A stretch of DNA of 64,000 nt from Nemertoderma westbladi (lineage: Eukaryota; Animalia; Xenacoelomorpha). Shown one piece after another: positions 39,345 through 50,200 of this stretch. The notes beneath the pieces were generated by a model that saw nothing but the letters and a program-made list of their open reading frames with translations, searched no databases and had not been told where the DNA came from. Where the stretch lies: NCBI GenBank assembly GCA_032718475.1, contig JAUCBJ010009074.1, positions 13,479-77,478 of the forward strand, read 5' to 3'. The position numbers and the translations under genes were made by a program. The first letter of the stretch is position 1. Each line of letters begins with the position of its first letter.

Positions 39345-40256
39345 TCAGTCTTGATGATCGACAGTATTTACTGCACCATTGGTGGTTCTTGTCATTGGTT
39401 GTTCTGGGCAATAATTCTGTTCTTGTCTGAAGTTCCTCGCATCAGAGCGGCGAGTGCTATCACGCGGTCGTAGGCCAAATAATTCTCGCTCTGCGTTGGT
39501 TAAGCGGTAATTCTTGATGGTGATTCCCGTTTCCCAGAGGTTGGGATCCATCAATGCCTCCCTGTTTTCCTGTGTGCAGATGAGGTGAAATGCTCGAGTT
39601 TCCGATCCTTGGTACACAGGTAACGGGATGATGTCATCATATGGAATCTGTTCACCTTGGAGGTAGTCGGCGATGTCATTTTCAGACACTGCAGTGTCAA
39701 CGCGCCCTATATGTATGTGTGCTTTTCTCTGGACGTGAGCAGGGCGCTCCGTGGTCGTAGAGCTAGGGGCAGCCTTTATTGGGCCACCAACCTTACTTCC
39801 CCGAGTGACCTGTCGTGGTCGGGAATTACTTTGCCGATCGAGGTTTGTGGAACTCTGCCGAAAGGCCGTATTAGCTTCCGGGTTAGAGGGGGCCTCACTA
39901 ATTAGCCTGGCGTTCGGCGTGTCCGGGTTATCCCAGGAACTTCCGTTTCCCCGTCTCGTATTCCTCCTGACTTTGGTCCAGCTGTTTTCCATTTGTTCGG
40001 TTGGTGGTTGGCTTTTCCGATCACTGATTACCTTGTCGTCTTTCAGGTGTCGAATTAGTTCGTTTTTGGAGTCTATCGATTCCTGCTTAGCCTCTGCTAA
40101 TTTGTCCATCGCGCGGGTGTACATGCAGGATAGTTGTCGTAGGAGTTCACCCACCTTTTTCTCCTGATCGTTTGTAACAGACTTTTTCGTCTTGAAAATT
40201 CCCACCAGATGTAATACATCTTGTTGCACATTTAAGAATGCTTCTGCCATAATCAA
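39345..40256 (-). CDS. LINE ORF1-like protein (coiled coil, linker, RRM-like C-terminal domain)
   Basis: 303-aa ORF upstream of ORF2 inside the TSD-bounded element. C-terminal IHIGRVDTAVSENDIADYL...AFHL...LMDPNLWETGITIKNY is typical of LINE ORF1. Confidence 0.85.
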   Translation of the reverse strand: MIMAEAFLNVQQDVLHLVGIFKTKKSVTNDQEKKVGELLRQLSCMYTRAMDKLAEAKQESIDSKNELIRHLKDDKVISDRKSQPPTEQMENSWTKVRRNTRRGNGSSWDNPDTPNARLISEAPSNPEANTAFRQSSTNLDRQSNSRPRQVTRGSKVGGPIKAAPSSTTTERPAHVQRKAHIHIGRVDTAVSENDIADYLQGEQIPYDDIIPLPVYQGSETRAFHLICTQENREALMDPNLWETGITIKNYRLTNAERELFGLRPRDSTRRSDARNFRQEQNYCPEQPMTRTTNGAVNTVDHQD

Positions 40257-40462
40257 GTAGCGATTAAAATCAATGAATAGTGATAAAATCAGATAAAATC
40301 AAATCAATTTATTTGAGTTTACAGCAGTAGAGTCAAATTACAAAGTTGATACTTAGGCTTTTAAAAAAAACTCATTAAACTAGAGCTTATTAAAAATTTA
40401 AAATACAACAATTAATTAGCTAGTATATAATTAGCTAGTAATTAGATGAAAGACTATTAAAT

Positions 40463-43389
40463 CATTAATTCTTATTTTCCTGTGGACAACAGAGGTAACA
40501 ATGTATCCGACGAGCTACTTACATTGATTAATGATATTAAATTTCTTATAACGTCATTTGATTTATCTGATATATTACTTGTTGGTGATATCAATGCGGA
40601 TTTTGCTCGCCAGTCTATGCATATTAATGTAGTTAACCAGTTATTACAAGAATTTAATTTAACTCGAGTTTGGGATTTAAATCCAGTTGATTTTACTTAC
40701 GTTTTTCAAAGAGATCAGTCTGTCCACTTTTCTACTTTAGATCACTTTTTTATTAACTCAAGTTTATGTAATAATATTATTGATTCTGGTGTAATTCATC
40801 ATGGTGCGAATTTATCTGGTCATTCACCAATTTTTGTCAAATTCCGTATTGGTGCGCCCATACGTGATTCTGTAGATTCAAACGCCGGTAGTTCGATTAG
40901 AGATTCGAAACCGCATTTTAAACGATCAAGTTCAGCCCAACAAGCTGAGTTTAAGTTAAATTTACAAAGTGCATTAAATGATTTAGGCGATATTCCTGAT
41001 TGTATTCTGTGTGCTAATATATTCTGTACTGATAATTCTCATAGAATTGCTTTAGAAAAATATGTACTTAATATTTTGGATTCCATTGATAATTGTGCTA
41101 GCTGTTTAGTAAATAATAGACAGAATGTGGGTGGGGGCTCCCCAAATATCCAGAATGACAGTCATACTCTTCCGGGGTGGCGGGAACACGTAAAACCTTT
41201 TAAAGACGAATCAATCTTTTGGCATAGTCTTTGGGTATCTGCCGGCTGTCCAAACTCATCACAGAATAGTCAGCTTTTTAATATGCGCCGCATTACTCGC
41301 GCTCAGTATAAGTATGCTGTCCGTCGTCTTAAACGCTCGGCTGACAGTATTAGTCGCGATAAATTATTACAAGCCTGTTTACGGAATAACTCTGACATTT
41401 TTGCTGAAATCCGAAAACTTAGATCAGTCTTGAAAGACGTAAGTTCTACTATCGACGGTTGTTCCGATACACAATCCATTGCCGATCGTTTTGCAGCTAT
41501 TTACTCACAACTGTTCAACCAGCCCTATAATTCAGACTTGGAATCCCTTCAGGATATAATAAATCAGAAAATTCAGAATTGTACGTCAGCGGATGTTCCG
41601 CTCATCTCCCCTGAATTGGTTAACGAGGGACTCCATCGACTGAAAAGTTCCAAATCGGATGTTGTTTTCGGGTTTGACTCCGACTGCCTTATCAACGGTC
41701 CTTCGGAGTTGGTTCATTGCTTAAGTGGATTGTTTAACTCTTTCCTGATTCATGGTTTCGTTCCTCAGTTTCTGTTAACTTGCGTAATTCTTCCGTTAAT
41801 CAAAGATAAACTTGGTGATCAGACAATCTCGAATAATTATAGAGCAATTGCTCTTTCATCTCTGTTAATTAAACTCTTCGAATGGGTTATGCTTCTGTCT
41901 CAGTCTGACTGCTTAGGTTTGGATGAACTTCAATTTGGTTTTCAGCGCGGCTCTAGTACAACTCAATGTTCATGGGCAGCAACTGAGGTGATCGGGTTTT
42001 ATAATCGTCAGGAAACACCAGTTTACGGTTCCCTTCTTGATCTTTCTAAGGCATTTGATCTAGTCGAATGGTGCAAACTTTTCCTTGAGTTGATTAAAAA
42101 AGGCTTCTCACCTTTCTTCCTCCGTACATTGTTATGGATATACACAAACCAATCATGTTGTGTTCGTTGGGAAGGCTCGACTTCGAACTGTTTCCCTATC
42201 AGTAACGGCGTTCGGCAGGGCTCAGTGGCATCTCCCATATTATTTTGTATTCTATTAGATATTCTTCTGAGGAAGTTGCGGGATTCTAGAATTGGATGTT
42301 ATATTGGTTCTACTTATTTGGGCGTATTGGCATATGCAGACGATTTACTTTTACTGTGTCCTTCTCTAATTGGTCTACAGCACATGGTCTCGTTGTGCGC
42401 CAAGTTCGCATCAGAATTTAACTTACAGTTTAGTACAAACATTATACCGGAAAAGTCGAAATCAAAATGTATTTCCTTTGGTTCAATTACAATTATTCCC
42501 AATGTTTCCATTAGCTTAAATGGTGTCAATCTACCTTGGGTCAAGGAGGCCTTACATCTCGGTAATCTACTTGACTGCGAAAACTCCTTGAAACAGGACA
42601 TTGCTCGTAAAAGGGGACAATTTATAGGCAAACTAAATAAATTAAGGCAGGAATTCCATTTCGCAAATCCCTATAATTTGTGCAATATTCAGCGTATTTA
42701 TTCTATGTGTTTTTATGGTAGTAACTTGTGGGATTTATTCTCTAGTTCATGCTCACGTATTTACACTACATGGAATATTAATGTCAGACTACTTTTTAAT
42801 CTCCCGTTTAATACACATAGATACATAGTGGAAAGTTTAGTGCCATTTAAACACCCTTCTATAATGTTACAATCAAGGTTCGTCACTTTTGCTCACAGTT
42901 TACTCAATTCGTTCAAACCTTGCATCCGTTTCTTAGGAGAACTGACACTTTTTGATTGTAGAACTCGAAGTGGTCGAAACTTTAGATCTATTGGTAACGC
43001 GTGTAATCACTTTGATTTACGAACAGTTTCAACTAAGCAAGTATCCTATCTACGTTACACACCTGTTGTAGATTTATATAAAGTTAATTTTGTTAAAGAA
43101 ATTTTGGAATGCAAATTCAATAACCTAGAAGTTTCTAATTTTAATGCCGTTGATCTGGATGACATCCTGAATTTCCTGTGCACTAGTTAAGACTGATATT
43201 CGATTTTATCATATTATAGTATTGTTATATTGTACTTATAATATCGTTGTTATATTCATATATTCACCATTAATATCTTATTTGTGCTTTAAATTTAATC
43301 ATTACCTAATTACTTAATTATTCCTAAGTATTTTGTACTGTGCAATTAATTCTATTGTCTCATGTACGACGTCAGCTAATAATAATAAT
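40463..43389 (+). mobile_element. 5'-truncated APE-type LINE with (TAA)n tail
   Basis: ORF begins mid-endonuclease. 3' tail ctaataataataat at ~43376-43389. Removing the element restores the transposase frame (NVSS|FNSLSSKKP). Confidence 0.9.
40482..43190 (+). CDS. LINE ORF2 (partial endonuclease + reverse transcriptase), uninterrupted but lacking its true start
   Basis: VGDINAD, STLDHF, LSGHSPI; LQFGFQRGSST, LDLSKAFD, GVRQGSVASP, YADDLLL. Confidence 0.9.
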   Translation: MDNRGNNVSDELLTLINDIKFLITSFDLSDILLVGDINADFARQSMHINVVNQLLQEFNLTRVWDLNPVDFTYVFQRDQSVHFSTLDHFFINSSLCNNIIDSGVIHHGANLSGHSPIFVKFRIGAPIRDSVDSNAGSSIRDSKPHFKRSSSAQQAEFKLNLQSALNDLGDIPDCILCANIFCTDNSHRIALEKYVLNILDSIDNCASCLVNNRQNVGGGSPNIQNDSHTLPGWREHVKPFKDESIFWHSLWVSAGCPNSSQNSQLFNMRRITRAQYKYAVRRLKRSADSISRDKLLQACLRNNSDIFAEIRKLRSVLKDVSSTIDGCSDTQSIADRFAAIYSQLFNQPYNSDLESLQDIINQKIQNCTSADVPLISPELVNEGLHRLKSSKSDVVFGFDSDCLINGPSELVHCLSGLFNSFLIHGFVPQFLLTCVILPLIKDKLGDQTISNNYRAIALSSLLIKLFEWVMLLSQSDCLGLDELQFGFQRGSSTTQCSWAATEVIGFYNRQETPVYGSLLDLSKAFDLVEWCKLFLELIKKGFSPFFLRTLLWIYTNQSCCVRWEGSTSNCFPISNGVRQGSVASPILFCILLDILLRKLRDSRIGCYIGSTYLGVLAYADDLLLLCPSLIGLQHMVSLCAKFASEFNLQFSTNIIPEKSKSKCISFGSITIIPNVSISLNGVNLPWVKEALHLGNLLDCENSLKQDIARKRGQFIGKLNKLRQEFHFANPYNLCNIQRIYSMCFYGSNLWDLFSSSCSRIYTTWNINVRLLFNLPFNTHRYIVESLVPFKHPSIMLQSRFVTFAHSLLNSFKPCIRFLGELTLFDCRTRSGRNFRSIGNACNHFDLRTVSTKQVSYLRYTPVVDLYKVNFVKEILECKFNNLEVSNFNAVDLDDILNFLCTS

Positions 43390-43800
43390 GATGATACATT
43401 TTATTTGTAATTATCAGTAATAACAGCGCGCGAAGTTTAAAATCACTGAACTCAAGGTTACCAATACAAGTATTAATTCCGTCAGTTACAACTTGGGCTG
43501 TGCACGAATGCTTCGGAATTGCATGAATAACAAATGGGATAGACCTTTTAAGAGAAACAACCAAAAACAAAGTATTCCACTTGCTAATTCTCCATCTGAA
43601 CAAGCCCCAACCAAATCGCCGCCACTATAGGGTACTGCTCCTGTTGCTGTAGGAACATTTCACTAATCAATAAAACAAACATCGTGCCCGATCTTATCTT
43701 CGCGAAGTAACTTTGTTAACGCCTTCATCGAATCAATGCCACCTGAAATTAGGTTCCTCAGTAAACTGTCAGACGGTAAGGAAATTTCGGTACGCATCAT

Positions 43801-44485
43801 CTAAAATAGAAAAAAAGTAAGGTGTTGAAGGAAAATATATAAAATGCATTAATTACAGTATTAAATAATGCATTAAATTAATTAATAAGTACTAAAGTGG
43901 GAGAGTCCATTGGCGTAGCTAGGGGGACAGGGATGGTCATCCCCCCCCCCCCCCCCCCCCCCCACAGTGATACGAGAGGGGGCCCGCCGAGAGGGGGGAC
44001 TGAACTACAACTAACCAATAGGGGCCGTTACAACACTGTCAACAGACAATTTAGCACGATGGAAATCCAACTACTGTAATAGCAATAACAATAGCACAAC
44101 ATTATAATATACGTTTCTTACAATAATCCTTACAATGCAACACTTGGATATTGTACACTCTAGAACCACATTGTAACTCTTGTTATTTAACGCCTATTTA
44201 ACCTAATAAGAAATATTTAACATAATAAATTTGTAATTAAATTTACATTCATCGGTACAAACAGCATTAAGGTACTACATGTAGAGTAACATAAACTAGA
44301 CACTTATAAAGGAACATATTTTCACTTTGCTCTAGATTCTAACTTAACCTCGCTATACTCAGGCTCTGGCTTGGTAAAAAAAAGAACAATAACAAACCTG
44401 ACTTCAATAAAAATAATATATAATATATTAATATATAATAATATAATATTAAATAGATTTACTGTAATCGTGTTTGACAGCCTAC
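43801..44485 (-). other. GT-AG intron of the P-like transposase gene
   Basis: Donor AAG|GTAGGC at 44485 and acceptor ttttttctattttag|ATG at 43801. Splicing joins SYSAYK to MMRTEISLPS, collinear with P-family transposases. Confidence 0.75.
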
Positions 44486-45609
44486 CTTGTATGCACTATA
44501 GGATGTATATCTCAGCAACAGAGCAAAACGAAGTTCATTACTTGAATACATAGGCCTGCCTTTGGGTTTGTTGTATTTCAGGGATAGAAGTCCTTTAATA
44601 ATTATGTCTTGAGATTCCGTCGTCACATTTCGAATATAAGAAAGCATATTTACAATCATCGTTGTAGATGTTAATTGATCTATTAAAATAAGTTACACAT
44701 TATATAATAATTATTTCTTTTTACAAGAAATGCAATGAAATTGACTATGGAACCGATTTACAGCGGTTCCATATCCATAGTATATGGAACTATGATTGTT
44801 AATTACCAAACAAACAGAGCTTGGAAAATATTATGGTCTGTGCTGGCTGAGAGAAAACAGAAAACACTAAGGTGCTGTTGTAATGAATTTTTAGTTATTA
44901 GTTAATAAGAATTATTGGAAGTTTAAAATTTACAATACGAGTTACACATAGTATATACCGGAATATAATAATTTTTGTTTCATAATGGGCTGGCCGGAAG
45001 CGGGCCAACCCCTCCTATGACGTCGCCAAATATTATATAAAAATTATGCAATTTTTAAATAATTTGGAACTGAACTAACCTTAACCAAGATGGTTGGGGT
45101 ATTGGTGTACCTCCAATTGATAACTTGACATGTAGATCTGCGTCAACAGTTATACATTCTTGTAAAGCTGGTGTGTCACTAAAATCCATTTTGTAAATAA
45201 ACAGCTATTTACCAGAACTGGTATTATCGTCGGTAATTTGACAAAACCCCCTAAGTCGATTTTTGTAGTTTTGAGAAAAACTAAAAAAAACTGAATGTTT
45301 TAAGAAATCTTTAGTGATGCGATCAAATTTTTGACTAAATATAATCTAAAATAGTGTATAATATGTTTGGGTACATATTTTTAGAGGTAGATCGCATTTT
45401 AGACCATTTAATTTGATATCTGTTGTTTTGCCAGATTGTGAAACAAAATAGTTAGGTTAGAACATACAATTAAGGGGGGTTATCTTTAGCATGTGGGGTT
45501 TTATCAGATACAGTCTGGCCCATTAAATGACTTATTAGTGGGTCTAAGGGTGCAATAAAGCAAAGCTCTTATATTAGAAACACTGTAATATTACAATTAT
45601 TTTTATAAT

Positions 45610-46135
45610 TACTACTTCTACTATCAGCATGCTGCATTGCAACTGCATTATTATGTATTACATATATATTAATAATGCTGTGCCGGCTTGTCAACAAAAT
45701 TGCGCTGTCACATCTCCCTACCACCCATGACATTTGCTAGATCATCCGCATCTTCAAGGCCAGTGTTTGATACGCCTCTAACAGGCGTCCCAAGAAAGGC
45801 ATGTGCTGTCCACCATGTTTATTTATTCGCCAAAGCACAATATTATGCACTGGCTGGTTCTCACGGCGAATGCAATGTCCTGCAAAGTGGAGGCGGTTCA
45901 GGTCAAGTGTCAAGCTAAGGAAGACGAATGGATGTTTCCTCCAATGTTGTATAGCGTCTGATTGGAGATGTGTTCATTGTACTTGACACAATGGACCCGG
46001 CGCATCATTCTTGTGAAAGTGCCATCCAGAGATTTGGAATCCTCTGCAGTTAGAAGCCAGCATAGACTCCCATATACTAGTACTGGTTCAACTGCTGCTC
46101 TAAAGAGAATCGAACCTTTAGATTCCGTTTCAATC
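45610..46135 (-). mobile_element. Degenerate RTE LINE 3' fragment (same family as 31255-33443)
   Basis: Near-match to 31260-31750, e.g. catgacatttgctagatcatccgcatcttcaaggccagtgt. Confidence 0.85.
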
Positions 46136-46537
46136 CATGGGACAACCCAGACTCCCTATTTTTATAACTGTTTGCGCTGTCTGGATTGTGGTCATCTTGC
46201 CACACCTGCTGTTGGAAACTAATTCATGTTCACCATCTTCCGTCAGCATTGATTGCTCGTCATTTACCCCGCTATTGATTGCCATATAATCCGGTAGAGT
46301 GTCATACCCAAGATTGATGCTATGAGAATCCGTAGGCCTAAGAGATAAAACAATCCCTTCTCAATTATTATTGTCACAACACTTTCTACAATTAGCGGCT
46401 GAAGTCCTGTGCCATCATCATCTCTGATATTACTGTTGTAGGCTTCTAAAACAGATAAATATCGATTCGTCATTGCTTCACCGTGAACATCTTCAGCTAC
46501 ACTCGCTAACTGATTGAACATCTCCAGCTAAACTCTA

Positions 46538-47795
46538 TAATCGGCCTGCTGCATTGAAACTGGTCATTGAGATGCTGGCTTAACAAAAATATTTTGCTAC
46601 CACCATGCAATCCACAATTGACAAGCCCAATGCAGGGTACATTAAGAATGCTATGCCGGCGTATCAACAAAGATTCAAGCGTATCTACGAAGATTCACCG
46701 CCACAACTCCCTATCCCCCATGACTTTCGCGAGACTATTCGCATCTACAAAACCAATGTCCTTTAAGAGGCGTCTCACAAAAGTCATGTGCTGTCCACCA
46801 TGCATATTTTCTCCATGGGGCTGCCAAAGCACAAGATTATGCACAGGCTGGTCCTCACTGCGAAAACAATATCCTGCAAAGCGGAGTGTTCAAGTGTCAA
46901 GCTTGCGGGAACCAAATGAGACACCTCCAATGTTATCTACTGTCTGGTTGGAGATGTGTGCATTGTACTTGACACAATGCACCCGGCGTAGCATTCTTGT
47001 GAATGTGCCATCCAGAGATTTGGTGTCCTCAGCAGTTAGAGCCCAGCATGGACTCCCATGGTACTGGAACTACTGCTGCTCTAAATAATCGGACGTTAAG
47101 TTTCCGATTAATTCTTGGTGACTTCCAAATCTTGGAAAGCCTATTCAAGGCTGCCCATGCCTTCCCTTACGTATTCGAAGGTCCTCACCTGACTTCCGGA
47201 TCCATGATCCCAGGTAACAGAAGTCTTCCACTTGCTCAAGCATACCATCCTTTGAGCTTATGCTCATCCGGTCAGAGACTTGCTGAGGACTTTCAAAGTT
47301 AACTGTCAAAATTTTCTAATGAGCTGAGGAGCCGTTCGGCTCCTTCTAGTGATTATGAGAGTACTCCTAAGTCATCAGCAAAGTCTATATCAGTTAGGTA
47401 CTTGGCAGGATTTTCTCGACTTCTGGAGCCAGTAGGTGGAGTTACCATCACCTCAACATCATTATGATGATCTAACGACATTAGTAGAACATAGTCAACC
47501 ACAATTATGAACAAGAATGCCGCAAGTGTGTCACCCTGGAGGACTCCCCATAACATTTCGAATGGTTCTGTGTCACCGTCTTCGAACCATCTTACTAATC
47601 TGATTGCTGCAATAATTCCATCAGGAATCTAATATAATGAAAGTATGCTGAACATACGTGAGCGAGAGACTGAATCAAAGGGCTTGACGAAGTCAACAAA
47701 GCTAACAGCCAGATGTCTGTCTTTCTTTTTGACAACTCTTCAATTATTCTTCTAAGAGAAAAAATGGGCTCACATGGTCGCACGACCTTTATACG
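46538..47795 (-). mobile_element. Degenerate RTE LINE fragment (same family)
   Basis: Matches 31275-32520 with deletions; GVLQGDTLAAFLF and DIDFADD. Confidence 0.88.
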
Positions 47796-47804
47796 GAACC
47801 TAAA

Positions 47805-48304
47805 TCATCTCCAGCTACACTCACAACTGATTGAACATTGTTATTTACATTCACTTCTGTTTGAACATCTCCAGCTATACTCACTACCGGTTGAACATCT
47901 TCCGCTACACACACTACCGGTTGAACATATCCAGTTACACTCACTACCAGTTGAACATCTCCAGTTACATTCAGTACTGGTTGAACATCTTCAGCTACAC
48001 TCACTACCGGTTGAACATATCTAGCTACACTCACTACCGGTTGAACATCTCCCGCTACACACACTACCGGTTGAACATCTGCAGTTACTCTCACTACCAG
48101 TTGAACATCTTCAGTTACACTCAGTACTGGTTGAACATCGTCAGCTACACTCACTACCGGTTGAACATCTCCAGCTACTCTCACTACCGGTTGAACATCT
48201 TCAGTTACACTCACTACCAGTTAAAAATCTCCAGTTACACTCAGTACTGGTTAAACATCTTCAGCTGCACTCACTACTGGTTGAACATCTTCAGCTACAC
48301 TCAC
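47805..48304. repeat. 30-bp minisatellite (~16 copies); two more units at ~46478-46535
   Basis: Unit ctcactaccggttgaacatctccagctaca. Confidence 0.95.
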
Positions 48305-48394
48305 CTAGAGGATATCTACAGTTCTATAAAGTAACTTGTAAATGGACCAGTAGACTTGTAAATAATTTTGTACTCAAAGTATGCAGTCTCATGG

Positions 48395-48543
48395 AGTGAA
48401 TAAGCATAGTGGACAGCCCATGACTTTCTTGAGGCGCATCTCAAAGGACACTGGCCTTGTGGCGTTGCAATTTTGTGGACATGCCGGCACAGCATTCTTA
48501 AAATGCACCTGCAATGAAGTGTGCCGATACTAGTAGTAGTAGT
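48395..48543 (+). mobile_element. Short RTE 3' end in the opposite orientation, with (TAG)n tail
   Basis: Matches the reverse complement of 31260-31450 with a deletion; ends tagtagtagtagt. Confidence 0.75.
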
Positions 48544-50200
48544 GTAAATGGACCCCCCTCCCCAGATTTTCGCCAAAGGATAAAATAAGCATTACAAATT
48601 TTCAGCTATTTAAAAATACTGTTAGGTGTTGAGTAGGCAACCTATTCATTTAATCCTAATACCGTAGACCTACTTCAAAACTCACTCCATTAATTAATTC
48701 AAGGCCAATTATCCTATCATATTGTGGCAAACGGGCATTTTGGACGAATTCAGAACGAATAATTAAAAGTCCCTCTGACATTTAACTAAAAAGAAACCCC
48801 CTAACATCTTAAATGTAAGGTGTTTTTTATAAGAAATTAAATCCCATATTGAAGGTGCTTAAACAGAGTTTTTTCCATCTTAGGGGGTTTTAACAGATCA
48901 AGCAATAATTAGACGGGATCTTATTTTGCGTTTTTCTCCGTTATTAACGCTGTTTTAACTTCTGGGGTTTTGTCAGAAGGTGGATATCCAATCTAAGGTA
49001 CCAGAATCACCGAAAACCTGAAAATGGCCAAAAATCGACTTAAGGGGTTTTACCAGATTACCCACGTTATGTAGACGAACCTCGTAATCGGAAAATTCTT
49101 TATTATCTTCGACGTAATCCTCTACATCAGCTAAATAAGTAATTTTAGTCTTCTTCGAGAAGTCTTGTATTTCGTCCGGACGGTATACTCGTTTTAATGG
49201 AGGTTATCTAGGAGTTTGGGGCATTTTGCGCAGCGAAGTTGGAACAGAATGCGTGTGAATCGTGGGAACAGCATCTTTGGATAAAGATGGCCGCTGTTGG
49301 TTGCTATGAATATATCGCCCATCGAAATGCAAACTGCAAATCTTAGTGGAAGCCCCTAATAAATAACTAATAAATTAATAAAACTAATATCTTCAAACCT
49401 AATAAATTCGAATTCTAATAAATTATAGTAATAAATAAATTCAATTACAGCGATTACCCAATTACAGCGATTCCGTCTTTTATCGTCATTTCCACGTTCT
49501 TAGCCATTCGGAATCGCGATGTAGAAATCTTTCGAAATCCGCCGGATTGCCTGGCAACGAAAACACGTCGAGAAAGTTTCAACATTTCTGTAGTTTCTAA
49601 TTCTAATTGCTGAATTGTCCAATGCAGTACCGGTAGGGCCTACTGCAGTAATCCGGTAATGACTGAATGAGCACCGCACCGCGGCACCGGCAGAACGGTA
49701 GCAAAGTAGGCCTGCGTACAGGCTGACAGGCGTACTGCCGTAGTACTGTAGTACCGGTACCGATACAGCGATATGCGATACCAGCCAGGATACTGTAAGA
49801 CTGCTGGGAAGACTGCAGGACTGTCTGACTGTGATTGTAGTTTTGAATTTGATCTTTCTGTCTTTAGATCAGCAGGTAGACAGGGTAGACAGTAGATGGC
49901 AGGATGGAGGTGCTAACACAGTAGGCCTAACACTGTAACAGGCTAATCCATAATCTCAGAATCTGCTAATGAGAACTGAATAACAGAATAATCCAGTAAT
50001 CTGATAATGTTTGTTAGCTACTGAGCTACGAGCTACTGAGCTAGGCCTATTCCTGTATTAACTGATTCAATAAAAAAGGGTAAGGATAAGGACTGCTGCA
50101 CTGTCAGACTGCTGGACTGTGATGTATGATGTATGTGGATGGGATCATATCATCAACTGATGATCCTAAAAGTTTATGGAAAGCTCTCGACCTCGACTGG

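Larger units (their letters stand above)
35898..40444 (-). mobile_element. Full-length two-ORF APE-type non-LTR retrotransposon (LINE), apparently intact
   Basis: 14-bp TSD gatgaaagactatt (35884-35897 and 40445-40458), poly-A tail (T-run to 35916), ORF1 and ORF2 both open. Confidence 0.95.
45228..49066. mobile_element. Non-autonomous TIR DNA transposon with 4-bp TSD (possibly Sola1-like)
   Basis: Left end cgtcggtaatttgacaaaaccccctaagtcgatttttg and right end caaaaatcgacttaaggggttttaccagattacccacg form an imperfect 38-bp TIR. TSD TTAT (45224-45227 / 49067-49070). Subterminal ggggttttNNcaga repeats. Excision restores the transposase frame (EVRLH|NTSSG). Confidence 0.85.
34036..49620 (-). pseudogene. 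Intron-containing THAP-domain P-element-family (THAP9-like) transposase, disrupted by nested insertions
   Basis: Collinear pieces on the minus strand: THAP (VFSLPGNP ~49560; TKICSLHF...LSKDAVPTI ~49345-49260), ECITVDADLHVKL (~45150), KPKGRPMYSSNELRFALLLRYTS (~44550), LPSDSLLRNL...GGID (~43770), SIPFVIHAIP...VITDN (~43500), YDPIHLIKNVRN (~35800), LTGRLQTDPLERHYSKYRQMSGG (~35300), GYIAHKL...C..C and GLIFPTES (~34360). Confidence 0.9.

Noticed and set aside
43908-44000. hAT-like MITE end (cattggcgtagctagggg) in the intron
   Set aside because: No matching second TIR or TSD was found.
44744-44795. Hairpin tatggaaccg...cggttccata as a transposon end
   Set aside because: It is a short local palindrome inside an intron, with no partner end or TSD.
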